From: an uncultured Pseudomonadales bacterium
GTDB lineage: Bacteria; Pseudomonadota; Gammaproteobacteria; Pseudomonadales; JAUIET01
Assembly (NCBI GenBank): GCA_964352475.1
Contig: CAYGSL010000005.1
Coordinates: 85,622 to 149,621 of the forward strand
Direction: 5' to 3'
Length of the DNA: 64,000 nt
In this document: positions 20,170 through 31,078 of the stretch, piece by piece
How the letters are laid out: each line of letters opens with the position of its first letter
How positions within the stretch are numbered: position 1 is the first letter of the stretch
Translations under genes and position numbers: made by a program
The notes under the pieces: model-generated
What the model was told of the DNA's origin: nothing
What the model saw: only the letters and a program-made list of their open reading frames with translations
Database searches by the model: none

Positions 20170-21114
20170 TCAGGCGCCCAAGGCTTGATTAAGCTTGTCA
20201 AAATCTTCTGATAACTGCAGATTCGAACTTGTTAGGGTTTTGTCAATCCGTCGACCCAGTCCGGAGAGTACTTTACCAGGACCACATTCAACCAGATGTT
20301 CAGCACCATTTTCTGTTAACGCAGATACGCACGCTACCCAAGGTACAGGGCTGCTGATCTGCTCTACCAATATTTGTCGGATCGCATCAGCGTCCTGCTC
20401 TGCCTGTGCATGTACATTGTGAATCACCGGCGTTGCAGGTGTCTGAACACTTATTCCTTGCAGAACACTTGCAAGTTGTTCCCCAGCTGGTTTCATTAGT
20501 GAGGTATGGAATGGCGCGCTCACCGGCAGCGGTAACGCCCGTTTCGCACCGGCTTCCTTACAACGTTCTGCCGCTCGCTGCACGGCCGCCGCGTGCCCTG
20601 CAATAACCACCTGGCCGGGAGAATTGTAGTTAACCGCTGCAACAACCTCATCGCCTGCCGCCTGTTCACAAGCCTGATTAATAAGATCATCCGACAAGCC
20701 AATAATGGCTGCCATGGCACCCACACCTACGGGTACCGCGGTCTGCATGAACTGCCCGCGCTGGCGAACCAGGTCAACAGTCTCGGCAAAAGGCAAGGCG
20801 CCAGCACAAACCAGAGCTGAAAATTCGCCCAAACTGTGGCCAGCCATCTGCGCTGGGCGATGTTCGCTTTGCTTAGACCACAATCGCCATAAAGCAACGC
20901 TGGCGGTAAGTATAAGCGGCTGAGTATTTTCGGTCAGGTTCTGCGTTTCTTCAGGACCCTCCTGTGCAAGCGCCCACAGATCAAAGCCGAGTGCGTCGGA
21001 TGCTTCCGCAAACGTTTGCTGTACCAAAGGCTCTTTGGCGCCCAACTCAGCCAGCATACCGACCGATTGCGAGCCCTGCCCAGGAAATATAAACGCCAGC
21101 GATTCTAATGCCAT
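20170..21114 (-). CDS. fabD: Malonyl-CoA:ACP transacylase
   Basis: FPGQGSQ, GHSLGEFSA. Confidence 0.95.
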   Translation of the reverse strand: MALESLAFIFPGQGSQSVGMLAELGAKEPLVQQTFAEASDALGFDLWALAQEGPEETQNLTENTQPLILTASVALWRLWSKQSEHRPAQMAGHSLGEFSALVCAGALPFAETVDLVRQRGQFMQTAVPVGVGAMAAIIGLSDDLINQACEQAAGDEVVAAVNYNSPGQVVIAGHAAAVQRAAERCKEAGAKRALPLPVSAPFHTSLMKPAGEQLASVLQGISVQTPATPVIHNVHAQAEQDADAIRQILVEQISSPVPWVACVSALTENGAEHLVECGPGKVLSGLGRRIDKTLTSSNLQLSEDFDKLNQALGA

Positions 21115-21119
21115 AACTA

Positions 21120-22118
21120 TTAAGATCCTTGATTTATCTGAACGTTGCCAATTTGAAAAGTGTGCTTATGTTTGGCAAGCCAGTTGTCGCTTACCAGATC
21201 ACATGCGCTGAGCAAGCTATTCACAGTGCCTTTAACATCGGAACCACCGTGGCTCTTGATGATAACGCCATTCAGCCCAAGAAAAAACGCACCATTGTGC
21301 TGTGCTGGGGCAAATTGTGCGATGCTTGCGCGTAGTTGTTCTTTAAGTACTGGATCCACAACGTCGGCAATCGCAGCCTGCATTTCGCCGATCACGGTTC
21401 TGGCGGCCGACTCGGATGCCTTAAGCGCCACGTTCCCAACGAATCCGTCACACACAACAATATCAGCCGTTGCATCAAACAATGAATCGGGCTCCAGAAA
21501 ACCAATGTACTCTAGTTGTTCTGTATTGCTTAGTTGCCGGGCAGCCTCACGCAAGGTGCGTGTGCCTTTATTCGGTTCCGTACCATTGCTTAACAAAGCA
21601 ACCTTAGGGCGCCGCAGATCGTGTTGCAGCTTCGCGAGAAGTGCAGCGAGCTGGCCAAATTCATATAGATTCCTGGCTGTGCATTCGGCATTCGCGCCTA
21701 AATCCAATAGATAAGTGTTACCCCGTCTACTTTGAAAAGCCTTGCATATTGCTGGTCTATGAATGCCAGGCAGTGTTCCCAGTAAACGCAAGCCTGCGAC
21801 CATCATCGCCGCTGTGCTACCGGCGCTAACGGCCGCGTTAGCAGTGCCGTCTGCTACAGCTTTCACTGACTGAAATAGGGAACTTTTTCTACCGTGTAAC
21901 AGGACTTGTTTGCCATCACATATTTCGGGGTTTAAGGTCAGCGCTGCTTTGATCTGGACACGAGAGCGCAAATCACTAGGTAATATCGATTCCAAAGTTT
22001 CCTGGTGACCGAACAGCACCGCGTCAATATCGCCGTGCGAGCGCAGCACTTCTGCGACTGCAGGTACGATGATTTCGGGACCAAAGTCCCCGCCCATGGC
22101 GTCAATCGCTAGGCGCAT
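21120..22118 (-). CDS. plsX: Phosphate acyltransferase PlsX
   Basis: 332 aa starting MRLAIDAMGGDFGP, in the conserved rpmF-plsX-fabD order. Confidence 0.9.
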   Translation of the reverse strand: MRLAIDAMGGDFGPEIIVPAVAEVLRSHGDIDAVLFGHQETLESILPSDLRSRVQIKAALTLNPEICDGKQVLLHGRKSSLFQSVKAVADGTANAAVSAGSTAAMMVAGLRLLGTLPGIHRPAICKAFQSRRGNTYLLDLGANAECTARNLYEFGQLAALLAKLQHDLRRPKVALLSNGTEPNKGTRTLREAARQLSNTEQLEYIGFLEPDSLFDATADIVVCDGFVGNVALKASESAARTVIGEMQAAIADVVDPVLKEQLRASIAQFAPAQHNGAFFLGLNGVIIKSHGGSDVKGTVNSLLSACDLVSDNWLAKHKHTFQIGNVQINQGS

Positions 22119-22169
22119 TAGCCTAAATTAAAGCGCAGAAATATGCCTGGGCTGAACTTTGGAAAGCGG

Positions 22170-22352
22170 CTATTCGTCGTCGCCGATATTCAGCACTTTC
22201 TTGCCGCGGTAGAAACCATCGGCTGTGACGTGGTGTCGGCGATGGCGTTCGCCTGTTGTTTGGTCCACGCTAAGCGCTGCGGTGTTCAAGCTGTCGTGCG
22301 AGCGTCGTTGGCCGCGTCGTGAACGTGTTACTTTACTCTTTTGTACAGCCAT
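22170..22352 (-). CDS. rpmF: 50S ribosomal protein L32
   Basis: 60 aa; [20 protein letters not shown]. Confidence 0.95.
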   Translation of the reverse strand: MAVQKSKVTRSRRGQRRSHDSLNTAALSVDQTTGERHRRHHVTADGFYRGKKVLNIGDDE

Positions 22353-22364
22353 GCTCGTACTCCG

Positions 22365-22901
22365 TTAATTCTTGCTTAGCATTTCTGCCAAGTCTTCAAA
22401 GGGTTTTTGCCGAGGTTCCTGTTCAGGTTCTTCAGCGCTCATATAACGTTGCCCGGCGCAGTCTTGCTCATGCAGACTGACGATTGGCAACGCTAACAAC
22501 AATTCATCTTCCACCAAATTATGCAGATCCACCGTGTCGTCAACGACAATCACCGGTTCCAGTTCCTCTGGTAACTGCCTTGCAGGATCTTCGCCGGCCA
22601 CCAGCGCCAATGCAAAGCTCTGCTTCAACGCGAGTGCCATGGGATCCAGACATCGCTGGCAATACACATCCACTGCAGCACTCACACTGCCTTTAATTAG
22701 CCTGCGCCCCTCATCGTCTCTGATGAACTGCAGCTCAACGTCCGCATTGCCCGCATCGCTTGCAAGCAAGTCAATGAAGCGACTAAGGCGTTTTATTGCC
22801 AAACGCCCTTCAAGTCTGGCTTCCGCGGCAACCAGACGAGCGACAGATACTTCGCCAGGCAGGTCTCTTTGTGACTGCATTTCCAGGCCCAGGGGCGTCA
22901 T
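22365..22901 (-). CDS. yceD: YceD family (DUF177) 23S rRNA accumulation protein
   Basis: 178 aa and acidic, containing CQRC. It lies immediately upstream of rpmF. Confidence 0.85.
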   Translation of the reverse strand: MTPLGLEMQSQRDLPGEVSVARLVAAEARLEGRLAIKRLSRFIDLLASDAGNADVELQFIRDDEGRRLIKGSVSAAVDVYCQRCLDPMALALKQSFALALVAGEDPARQLPEELEPVIVVDDTVDLHNLVEDELLLALPIVSLHEQDCAGQRYMSAEEPEQEPRQKPFEDLAEMLSKN

Positions 22902-22972
22902 GGGCGCGCCATCATAGGGAGTCGTTCAGAAAGTGTCAAACAGAATGCAAAAAATCCTCAAATCTCAAGGGA

Positions 22973-23932
22973 TTAGCGCAGAACTGGCAGCTGTATTTCC
23001 AACTGCTGACCAACAATGCCTTCACCAATAGCAACTCCGAGGCGGCCAAGAGCCTGCTCGATAGGGTCAGGCTTCATGGTGTAATCGATGATGTTGTCCT
23101 GTTTGAACAGCTCTCGAGCAACATAACCGGCGCTACCTAAACCATCGATCAGACCCAGCTCAAGCGCCTGCTCTCCTGACCAGATCAAGCCTGAGAACAG
23201 ATCCGGATGATCGCCAAGACGATCGCCCCGCCCTTCTTTAACCACGGAAACAAATTGTTTATGCGTGACTTTCAACACGCTCTGCCAAAACTCTTTCTCT
23301 TCTTCATTTTCAGGCAGGAATGGGTCCAGAAACCCTTTGTGGTCACCCGCAGTGTATTGCCTGCGCTCGACACCCAATTTTTCCATGGTGTCAACAAAAC
23401 CGAAGCCCGAGCCGACCACGCCGATGGAACCAACCAAACTGGCTTTATCGGCATAGATCTCATCGGCTGCGGCCGCGATGTAATAGGCGCCAGACGCACC
23501 CAGCTCTGCAATAGCCGCGTACACTTTCTTCTCTGGGTGCAAGGCTCGCAAGCGCTTTATTTCGTCATATATCTGACCACTTTGCACCGGACTGCCACCC
23601 GGGCTGTTGATTGCCAGAAGGACGCCCTCACAAGCTTCGTTTTCAAAAGCCTGCCGCAAACTGCCGGCTACCGCGTTTGCATTAGCCATTTCTTCAGCGG
23701 CTATAACGCCTTTGATTTCGATCACACCAATGTGAGCATCGCTAACTTCACCGCCAACACCTTTATAAAGAAATACACCTAGCAATACGGCAAGATACGC
23801 GAAGGTCAACAGTTTAAAGAAAATACCCCAACGGCGGGCTTTTCGCTGCTCGCTAAGAGAGCTTTGCACCACATTTTCCAATACATTTAGCGCGCCTTGT
23901 TCCGACACGGTATCGTTTGATTCCATATTCAT
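22973..23932 (-). CDS. S49 family signal-peptide-peptidase-like protease (SppA 36K / SohB-like)
   Basis: 319 aa with an N-terminal TM segment; LAINSPGGS, ELGASGAYYIA, SIGV. Confidence 0.85.
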   Translation of the reverse strand: MNMESNDTVSEQGALNVLENVVQSSLSEQRKARRWGIFFKLLTFAYLAVLLGVFLYKGVGGEVSDAHIGVIEIKGVIAAEEMANANAVAGSLRQAFENEACEGVLLAINSPGGSPVQSGQIYDEIKRLRALHPEKKVYAAIAELGASGAYYIAAAADEIYADKASLVGSIGVVGSGFGFVDTMEKLGVERRQYTAGDHKGFLDPFLPENEEEKEFWQSVLKVTHKQFVSVVKEGRGDRLGDHPDLFSGLIWSGEQALELGLIDGLGSAGYVARELFKQDNIIDYTMKPDPIEQALGRLGVAIGEGIVGQQLEIQLPVLR

Positions 23933-23997
23933 TCTTGTTCAGCTCTTGTTTGTGCCTTGTTTCAGTCTACAACAGATAAAGTGGTGCGAAACGCCGT

Positions 23998-24657
23998 TCA
24001 GCGTGTGGCGGCGTGATCTGTAAACCATTGCGCCAGATCTGCGTAAGAATTGGCGATAAAATGCGCGCCCGCGGCCTGCAATCTTGGAATGGAATGTACT
24101 CCAAAGCTCACTCCAACAGCATGTAATCCTGCGCTGACAGCCATTGCCACATCATATTCTGTGTCACCAATCATTATTGCGTCTGCAGCGGATGTTCCCG
24201 TTTCCTCCAGCAATTCGAGCAGCATCTGCGGGTGTGGCTTGGAACGCGTCTCGTCCGCGCAGCGGCTGGAATCAAATAACTCGCCGCGACCGGTAGCGGC
24301 AAACACTCGATCCAGCCCACGGCGACTCTTACCGGTGGCCACAGCGGTTTGATGGCCCAGGCGGCGCAACTCACTGACAAACTCCATACTGCCTGGAAAA
24401 AACTGGCAAGGCACGGCGTCGCGCTGCACAAAATGTCTGGAGTAATGCTGTTGCAGCTGAGATTTTTGTTCGCCAGAAGCGTCTGGATACAGCTCTGTGC
24501 TTGCTTCATGCATCCCCAGACCGATGATCTGGCGAATGTCGGCAGCGCTTCGAATGTCTAAATCAGCATCATTCATGGCTGCCTGCATAGCGGCCACAAT
24601 TTTATCTGCAGAATCTATCAGGGTACCATCCCAGTCAAATATAATTAACATATTCAA
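23998..24657 (-). CDS. HAD-superfamily hydrolase (phosphoglycolate-phosphatase-like)
   Basis: IIFDWDGTLIDS (DxDxT motif), ATGKSR, GDTEYD. Confidence 0.75.
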   Translation of the reverse strand: MNMLIIFDWDGTLIDSADKIVAAMQAAMNDADLDIRSAADIRQIIGLGMHEASTELYPDASGEQKSQLQQHYSRHFVQRDAVPCQFFPGSMEFVSELRRLGHQTAVATGKSRRGLDRVFAATGRGELFDSSRCADETRSKPHPQMLLELLEETGTSAADAIMIGDTEYDVAMAVSAGLHAVGVSFGVHSIPRLQAAGAHFIANSYADLAQWFTDHAATR

Positions 24658-25599
24658 TTACTTACGGATTTTATCTAGAAATGACATTAGACAGTTGTCC
24701 AGCTCTGCGGTGACAGTTAGCGGCTCACCAGCGACGGTTAAGCGAAGTTCGCTGGCATGTAGAAACAAGCGCTGTAAGCCACGCTGGCGGGCTTGCTTAT
24801 TGGCTGCATCTGGGGCGTACTTCACATCGCCCGCTATCGCATGCCCTTTGAAAGCGGCATGGACGCGAATCTGATGCGTTCTACCGGTTACCGGGCTGGC
24901 CTCTACCAGGCTATGGTCGTTAAACCACTCCAGAACCTTGAACAGAGTGGACGACGCTTTGCCGTCCTGGCTAACCCGCACCATTCGCTCGCCGGAACTC
25001 AGCTCATTCTTGCGCAGCGGCGCATCAACGCGCCGCAATGCCTTGGGCCAGCGCCCAAAAACCAGGGCCAGATACTTCTTGCTCAGCGTTTTACTTTGTA
25101 GTTGCTGATGCAGATCAACCAGAGTTTTGCGGTTCTTGGCAATCATCAAGCAGCCAGACGTGTCTCGATCCAGTCTGTGCACCAGCTCCATGCGCCGGCA
25201 TTCTGGACGCAGCACCCTTAAGGCTTCTATCAAACCCAGATTGATACCACTTCCACCATGCACCGCCAACCCCGCGGGTTTGTTGATCACCAGCAAATCT
25301 TCGGTCTCAAGCAGGATTGCCTGTTTCAGAGTGTCTGCCAGGGAATCGCTGATAAACATTGCTTGCTTATCATCAGCGCCACTGGGCACGCGCACCGGCG
25401 GAATTCGTATGCTATCCCCTTCCAGCAACCGGTAGGTTTGTTTGGCCCGCCGCTTGTTAACGCGAACCTCACCGGAACGCAGCATGCGGTAAACCCTGGA
25501 TTTGGGTACCGATTTGAGCTCAGTAAACAGGAAGTTGTCCAGACGCTGACCAGCCTGCGCGTCATCAATACTCACGTATCGAACTTGTTTGTTTTCCAA
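24658..25599 (-). CDS. rluC: 23S rRNA pseudouridine synthase RluC
   Basis: S4 domain (GQRLDNFL) and catalytic HRLDRDTSG. It is divergent from rne, as in E. coli and Pseudomonas. Confidence 0.9.
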   Translation of the reverse strand: MENKQVRYVSIDDAQAGQRLDNFLFTELKSVPKSRVYRMLRSGEVRVNKRRAKQTYRLLEGDSIRIPPVRVPSGADDKQAMFISDSLADTLKQAILLETEDLLVINKPAGLAVHGGSGINLGLIEALRVLRPECRRMELVHRLDRDTSGCLMIAKNRKTLVDLHQQLQSKTLSKKYLALVFGRWPKALRRVDAPLRKNELSSGERMVRVSQDGKASSTLFKVLEWFNDHSLVEASPVTGRTHQIRVHAAFKGHAIAGDVKYAPDAANKQARQRGLQRLFLHASELRLTVAGEPLTVTAELDNCLMSFLDKIRK

Positions 25600-26286
25600 T
25601 CAACCGCCCACTATCAATTCGCACGAATCGTTCGCGCACCTTATTTTGGCACGCGAATCGGTCTGCTCAGGCACTACAATTACCAACAACGAGGTAGCCG
25701 CCTGTGATTGAGGCGCCGGTCGTTAGCTGCTATAGTCCAGGTTAGACCCAAAGAAATAGAACGCTATTATCTCTCGAAGGGTTGAAAGAAGCGAGCATGA
25801 CTCGTAAGGCGCCGCGAGAATAGCGGCACATTACAATGAACCTTACGCCACGCCGCTATTTATAACCGCCGACTAGCCAGTGCACGCCCTATTGATATTC
25901 TATTAGGGCGGGAAAAGAGTGAAAGCCACTCATGCAACCGGCCAGGGCAGTAGTGATGAGACTCACGACAAACGATTAAACGTATATTCGCCCGCGAGCA
26001 TGCAACAGATGAACCTGCCGAGAAAATGGCTGGCAGGCGCTGCTCCAGGCCCATCAGCAAGCCAACAAGTTTAGATCAAGTTTCGACTATAAGCTGCTGA
26101 TAATAAAGAACTATTTCTAAGAAAACCCTTGAAATAGTGTATTTGAACGGCAAGCAATTGTGCTTGGTTTGGTGTTGGTTGGTACCTTGTGTACCAGCGA
26201 GACAACATTAATTCCCGATCTTTGCCCACAGTCTCATTCTACTTTCCATCCGGTCTCGTCGGCTAAGACACCATGGAAGTAAACCT
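25600..26286 (+). promoter_or_regulatory. Divergent rluC/rne control region containing a long, hairpin-rich rne 5' leader
   Basis: 687-bp non-coding gap with several stems, for example GCCCTA..TAGGGC near 25883-25908 and TGGTAC..GTACCA near 26180-26197. The TSS is not determined. Confidence 0.4.
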
Positions 26287-29082
26287 ATGAAACGCATGTT
26301 AATCAACGCAACCCAACCCGAAGAGTTGCGTGTTGCAATTGTCGATGGCCAGAAGCTATTCGACCTCGACATTGAAAACAGAACCCGAGTACAAAAGAAG
26401 TCCAACATATACAAAGGCAAAATCACTCGCGTGGAGCCAAGCCTGGAAGCCGCATTTGTTGATTTTGGCGCCGAGAGGCATGGATTTTTGCCACTCAAAG
26501 AAATATCCAAGCAGTATTTTAACCGCAAACCTTCAGACGTAGATGGTCGATTTACGATCAAAGACGTGGTCAAGGAAGGCACTGAAGTTATCGTTCAGGT
26601 CGATAAAGAGGAACGCGGCAATAAAGGTGCGGCTTTAACGACCTTTATCAGTCTTGCCGGCCGATACATGGTTTTGATGCCAAACAACCCGAGAGCTGGC
26701 GGAATCTCCCGCCGCGTGGAAGGTGATGAGCGCTCGGAACTGAAATCTGTTCTCGATTCCCTGGATACACCAAAAGGAATGGGCGTTATTGTGCGCACCG
26801 CCGGTGTTGGGCGTAACAGCGAAGAACTCAAATGGGATCAGGATTACCTGTGCGCGGTGTGGGAAGCAATATCGGAAGTTGCTGAGCAACGTTCTGCCCC
26901 GTTTCTGATTTACCCCGAAGGCAATGTCATTATTCGAGCCATCAGGGATTACCTGCGGCCGGATATTGGCGAAATCATTATTGATGCACAAGATGCGTTT
27001 GATGAGGCCACGGAGTTCGTTGGTCAAATCATGCCGCACAATGAGTCCAAGCTTAAGCTTTACCAGGACAGTGTGCCTTTATTCAATCGCTACCAAATAG
27101 AGAGCCAAATTCAGTCCGCCTACGAACGCGAAGTAACACTTCCTTCCGGTGGTTCTATTGTTATAGACCCTACCGAAGCAATGGTCGCCATCGATATCAA
27201 CTCGGCGCGGGCAACCAAGGGCAAGAATATAGAAGACACGGCCACCCGAACCAATCTGGAAGCGGCAGATGAGATCGGTCGGCAACTGAGATTACGTGAC
27301 ATTGGCGGTCTGGTAGTTATCGACTTCATTGACATGAATGAGAGCCGTAACCAGCGTGCGGTTGAAAATCGCATGCGCGAAGCCCTTGAGATGGACCGCG
27401 CCCGTGTTCAGGTTGGCAAAATCTCCAGGTTTGGCTTACTGGAAATGTCACGTCAGCGACTGCGACCCTCGCTCGGCGAGACCAGCTCTATTGTCTGCCC
27501 ACGCTGTAAGGGCCAGGGTCACATACTGGACACCAAATCCACGGCGCTGACCGCGCTCAGAGTCATAGAGGAAGAAGCCCTCAAAGAGCGAAGCGCAGAG
27601 ATACGCGCAATCGTACCGGTGGAAGTGGCGACCTATTTGCTCAATGAAAAGCGACAGGCCATTCTTGATATTGAAAAGCGTAACGGTTTGCATGTTTTGG
27701 TGGTGCCAAACCTCAATATGGAGACGCCACACTTCGATGTGCAGCGATATAGAGACGATCAACAGCTCTCGCAAGACATCCCCAGCTACAGCCTAGAAAA
27801 TGACACATCCATATTGGATGAGCCAGAGGTCGATCCGCAGGCCGTATTAGCTGTTCAGGAAGAGCCTGCCTTGAAACGCATTAGCGTCGCCCCTCAAGAG
27901 CCTGCCCCGCAGCGCAGCCAGCCAGCACCCGAAGCAGTCGTCGCACAAGCCGCGCCACTTGCATCTGCGCAACCACAAGCAGAGGGAATGATTACCCGAA
28001 TGTGGAACGCGATGTTTGGTAGCGCCCCGGTTGCTGCCGAGCCATCAGCAAGCCCTGTGGATGCAGACGCACAGAAATCGAACAAGACAGAGTCTGCTAA
28101 CAAACGCAGAAACAATAAGCGTGGCGGCAACCGCAAGCCCAGGCAAGAGGCACGGCAGCGTCAGGAAACGTCAGAGGTGCCAGAACATGAAGAAAGTTCT
28201 ACAGATTCTAACCAGGCTGACGGCAACCGACGCGGAGGACAACGACGCCGCGGCGGCAATGGCCAGCGTCAGGAGAAAACAGCGAATCGTCGCGATAACG
28301 GGCAAGATCTGGAGCAAGCAAATGATGCTGATCGTCCAAAGCGTCGACCCAGCAACAGCAAGCCTAAAGCGGCCAGCCCTAAAAAGCGCGAGAATCGGCG
28401 AGAGCGGCCAATTGATGCTTTGCTCGCAGGTAGTGATTTGCTGGCAGCGCAAGCGCAAGAACCTCTTGCGGAGGCTTTGCCAGAGACGGCAACTGAAACA
28501 TTTGAGACCTCCCCACAGGCGCCCAATGGCAATGACATGGAAACCCTCGCCGTTCGCGAAACCATTGTAGAAGCCGTTACAGAAACCGATGGAGAAGCCG
28601 AAAGCAAGACAGCACAATCAGAAGAATCGTTAGCGCAAGCAACAACTGAGCCTGAGGCAAGCGTAGAAGCAGAGGCAATAGCAGAGCTTGAAGCAACGGT
28701 TGAAGCAGAGGCTGTGGCAGAGCCTGAAATAGCCACCGACGAAACCGAAGTCCTTGCTGCGACTATAGCTACTCCAGCGCGGGAATCAGAAACTGTTGAG
28801 CTTAGTGAACCAGAAGCACAACGGACTAACGGTGCAGCGAACGCTGCGGCCATATCCGAGTCGTCGATTGACTTTGCAACTTTGGGTCGAGCTGGAAATG
28901 ATCCTCGCGACAACCCGCAGACACACACCGAGTTTCAGATTCGAAGCCGCACAATAGAGCTTATTGACCTGCAAGCGCCTGCGCTTGTGGCCGAGCAACT
29001 TGGTGAGGAAGAGGTTATGGCGATGCGCGCACCCAACGACCCCAGGCAACAGCGCAGCACCGAAGCCAGTACTGATGCATAA
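26287..29082 (+). CDS. rne: Ribonuclease E
   Basis: 931 aa; [23 protein letters not shown]1 domain, Zn-link CPRCKGQG, and an Arg-rich plus acidic low-complexity C-terminal scaffold. Confidence 0.95.
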   Translation: MKRMLINATQPEELRVAIVDGQKLFDLDIENRTRVQKKSNIYKGKITRVEPSLEAAFVDFGAERHGFLPLKEISKQYFNRKPSDVDGRFTIKDVVKEGTEVIVQVDKEERGNKGAALTTFISLAGRYMVLMPNNPRAGGISRRVEGDERSELKSVLDSLDTPKGMGVIVRTAGVGRNSEELKWDQDYLCAVWEAISEVAEQRSAPFLIYPEGNVIIRAIRDYLRPDIGEIIIDAQDAFDEATEFVGQIMPHNESKLKLYQDSVPLFNRYQIESQIQSAYEREVTLPSGGSIVIDPTEAMVAIDINSARATKGKNIEDTATRTNLEAADEIGRQLRLRDIGGLVVIDFIDMNESRNQRAVENRMREALEMDRARVQVGKISRFGLLEMSRQRLRPSLGETSSIVCPRCKGQGHILDTKSTALTALRVIEEEALKERSAEIRAIVPVEVATYLLNEKRQAILDIEKRNGLHVLVVPNLNMETPHFDVQRYRDDQQLSQDIPSYSLENDTSILDEPEVDPQAVLAVQEEPALKRISVAPQEPAPQRSQPAPEAVVAQAAPLASAQPQAEGMITRMWNAMFGSAPVAAEPSASPVDADAQKSNKTESANKRRNNKRGGNRKPRQEARQRQETSEVPEHEESSTDSNQADGNRRGGQRRRGGNGQRQEKTANRRDNGQDLEQANDADRPKRRPSNSKPKAASPKKRENRRERPIDALLAGSDLLAAQAQEPLAEALPETATETFETSPQAPNGNDMETLAVRETIVEAVTETDGEAESKTAQSEESLAQATTEPEASVEAEAIAELEATVEAEAVAEPEIATDETEVLAATIATPARESETVELSEPEAQRTNGAANAAAISESSIDFATLGRAGNDPRDNPQTHTEFQIRSRTIELIDLQAPALVAEQLGEEEVMAMRAPNDPRQQRSTEASTDA

Positions 29083-29120
29083 GCGGTAATCTGCGACCCA
29101 TAATTAGTTGTAGGTGGTTC

Positions 29121-29148
29121 TTGTCAGGCGCAACAATACGGATATAAT
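29121..29148 (+). promoter_or_regulatory. Candidate sigma70 promoter for tRNA-Ser
   Basis: TTGTCA (29121-29126), 16-nt spacer, TATAAT (29143-29148). The tRNA starts 15 nt downstream. Confidence 0.55.
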
Positions 29149-29162
29149 TGCGCCTGCTCTGC

Positions 29163-29252
29163 GGAGGGGTGGCAGAGTGGTTGAATGCACTGGTCTTGAA
29201 AACCAGCGAAGGTGAAAGCCTTCCGAGAGTTCGAATCTCTCCTCCTCCGCCA
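29163..29252 (+). tRNA. tRNA-Ser (anticodon TGA)
   Basis: GGAGGGGTGGCAGAGTGGTTGAATGCACTGGTCTTGAAAACCAGCGAAGGTGAAAGCCTTCCGAGAGTTCGAATCTCTCCTCCTCCGCCA. It has a long variable arm and anticodon loop CTTGAAA. Confidence 0.9.
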
Positions 29253-29423
29253 ATTATTCCTTATCTCATGGCGTTTTCTGCGCCAAGGTTGTAAAGCCGA
29301 CAAACGGTGATACGAAAAGTTCGATGCATAAACACCGTTTTTCGAGATGGAAAGCATTGAAATTGGCTGTACCATCATTATTATTAGAGTAGTTCCAAAG
29401 GGTTCCTTAAAGGAGAATCAGGC

Positions 29424-30098
29424 ATGAGTAGAGAGAATGACGTTCTGAGCACTGCAGGTTACGACGTAGCCAGTGCTGAAGTAAACAAGGTGCTTCGTAA
29501 CACCTACGCCTTACTGGCAATGACATTGGTGTTTTCCGGCATTACCGCCATGATCTCCATGGCATTGGAAATGCCACGCATGACCTATTTGTTTTGTCTT
29601 GGCGGCGCGATGGTTTTGATGCTGTTTGTCATGCCAAAAGTTGCTAATTCGGCAAGTGGTATTGGGGTTGTTTTTGCTATAACCGGCCTGCTCGGATTTG
29701 GCATAGGCCCAATGCTGGCAATGTACCTTGCTCTGCAAAATGGCGGTCAGCTAGTTGCGACAGCATTGGGCGGTACCGGCGTTATCTTCCTGGCATTGTC
29801 AGCGTATGCGCTAACGACCAAGAAGGATTTCAGTTTCATGGGTGGCATGTTGATGGTTGGCATGTTGGTCGTGATCGGCTTTATTGTGCTCAATCTGTTT
29901 ATGCAGATGCCGGCAATGAGCCTGATGATCTCATCCGTTATTATATTGCTCATGTCAGGCTTTATTCTGTATGACACCAGCCGAATAGTGAACGGCGGCG
30001 AGCGCAATTACGTGATGGCGACGATCGGCTTATACATGACGATTTTCAACATTTTCATCAGCCTGCTCAACTTACTCGGTTTTGCCAGTGATGATTAA
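29424..30098 (+). CDS. BAX inhibitor-1 / YccA family membrane protein
   Basis: 224 aa with about 7 TM segments; FLRNTYALLAMTL-type N-terminus and a C-terminal LYLDIINLF-like segment (GLYMTIFNIFISLLNLLG). Confidence 0.85.
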   Translation: MSRENDVLSTAGYDVASAEVNKVLRNTYALLAMTLVFSGITAMISMALEMPRMTYLFCLGGAMVLMLFVMPKVANSASGIGVVFAITGLLGFGIGPMLAMYLALQNGGQLVATALGGTGVIFLALSAYALTTKKDFSFMGGMLMVGMLVVIGFIVLNLFMQMPAMSLMISSVIILLMSGFILYDTSRIVNGGERNYVMATIGLYMTIFNIFISLLNLLGFASDD

Positions 30099-30114
30099 TG
30101 CCCGTAAGCATTAA

Positions 30115-30149
30115 AAACAAAACGGCGCCTGATGGCGCCGTTTTTGTTT
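30115..30149 (+). terminator. Rho-independent terminator after the YccA-family gene
   Basis: AAACAAAACGGCGCC, loop TGAT, GGCGCCGTTTTTGTTT. Confidence 0.7.
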
Positions 30150-30200
30150 GAACACAGTTATACTCATCGACCACTACTTACACGCTTTTGGAGCCTTCTC

Positions 30201-30380
30201 ATGGATTTGATGCAGATTGGCCTCGCCATTATTTTCATCGCATTGATGTTTTTTATCTGGCCCAATGTTAAACACTCAATGAAGAACAGTCCTGATGCTG
30301 AGAAAGGCGATTGGACAGCCGTTGCACTGCCCATCATTGCTGTTGTGCTGTTTGTATTACTGCTGATGAATATGGTTTAG
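30201..30380 (+). CDS. Small two-TM membrane protein (59 aa), hypothetical
   Basis: MDLMQIGLAIIFIALMFFIWPN..WTAVALPIIAVVLFVLLLMNMV, with a GGAG 8 nt upstream of the ATG. The track ORF start at 30132 falls inside the terminator. The ORF ends 6 nt before tusD. Confidence 0.5.
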   Translation: MDLMQIGLAIIFIALMFFIWPNVKHSMKNSPDAEKGDWTAVALPIIAVVLFVLLLMNMV

Positions 30381-30386
30381 CCAAAC

Positions 30387-30722
30387 ATGAACTTCTCTCT
30401 TTTCGTTAACGCAGCACCGGGCGCGAACATTGAGCGAAGTACTGCGCTTCTAACCGCAGCTGCCATTCTCGACTCCGAGCACAATTTGTATCGAGTTTTC
30501 TTCTACGGCGCGGGCGTTCAACATTGCGGTCATCCAAGCAGTCACGGTGAGCTTCCCTGGCAAGCGCTGGCGCGCGACACCACCACTGATCTTTGTTTTT
30601 GCTCAGCGTCTGTTAAAAAGTATCAGGTATCACTCTCAAGCCATACCAATGTGAGCTTGGGGGGGCTGGTGCAATTGCTGGATGCGCAGATGAACTCTGA
30701 CCGCATTGTTAGCCTTAGTTGA
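30387..30722 (+). CDS. tusD: Sulfurtransferase TusD / DsrE-like
   Basis: 111 aa. RVFFYGAGV, LCFCSASVKK (Cys at the TusD active-site position) and GGLVQLLDAQMNSDRIVSL align with my recollection of E. coli TusD. Confidence 0.7.
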   Translation: MNFSLFVNAAPGANIERSTALLTAAAILDSEHNLYRVFFYGAGVQHCGHPSSHGELPWQALARDTTTDLCFCSASVKKYQVSLSSHTNVSLGGLVQLLDAQMNSDRIVSLS

Positions 30723-30734
30723 CGGTGAATCGGC

Positions 30735-31070
30735 GTGGCAACTGATTGCAGAACCAGCACCCTGGTAACCATCTGCCTGGACCAGGCAGAGGCCCTACAG
30801 CAAGCACTGCCCTTGATTCTAAGTTTTGCCGCGGTTGGCAGTCCACCAAGCGTTGTTTTTGAAGCCTCACAATCCAGTCCATTAGCCGCCATTCGGAGTC
30901 TGGACGCACACCTTGAGCAGCTGACAGAATTTGGCGTGACCGAGATTTTTGCAAGTCAGAGAGCAAAGTGGCTTCTGGATCAGCATTGCCGTTTATCCAG
31001 CAAAGTCATAAGCGACTCAGTGAAGGTTCGCGCTTTGCATACTCAAGTTCACGCGATATATGCCTTTTAG
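30735..31070 (+). CDS. tusC: TusC / DsrF-like protein
   Basis: 111 aa with a GTG start. It shows weak DsrF-like similarity (C-terminal ..VHAIYAF compared with ..DVILRF). The call rests mainly on its position between the tusD-like and tusB-like genes. Confidence 0.5.
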   Translation: MATDCRTSTLVTICLDQAEALQQALPLILSFAAVGSPPSVVFEASQSSPLAAIRSLDAHLEQLTEFGVTEIFASQRAKWLLDQHCRLSSKVISDSVKVRALHTQVHAIYAF

Positions 31071-31078
31071 TTTAATCA

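Noticed and set aside
28269-28928. 219-aa minus-strand ORF rich in Ala/Ser.
   Set aside because: It is antisense to the low-complexity acidic C-terminal scaffold of RNase E, so it is a shadow ORF.
29163-29423. tRNA-Ser (and likewise tRNA-Leu at 10393-10477) as an integration site for a genomic island.
   Set aside because: There is no integrase, no duplicated tRNA 3'-end (att) repeat, and the downstream genes are ordinary core genes.
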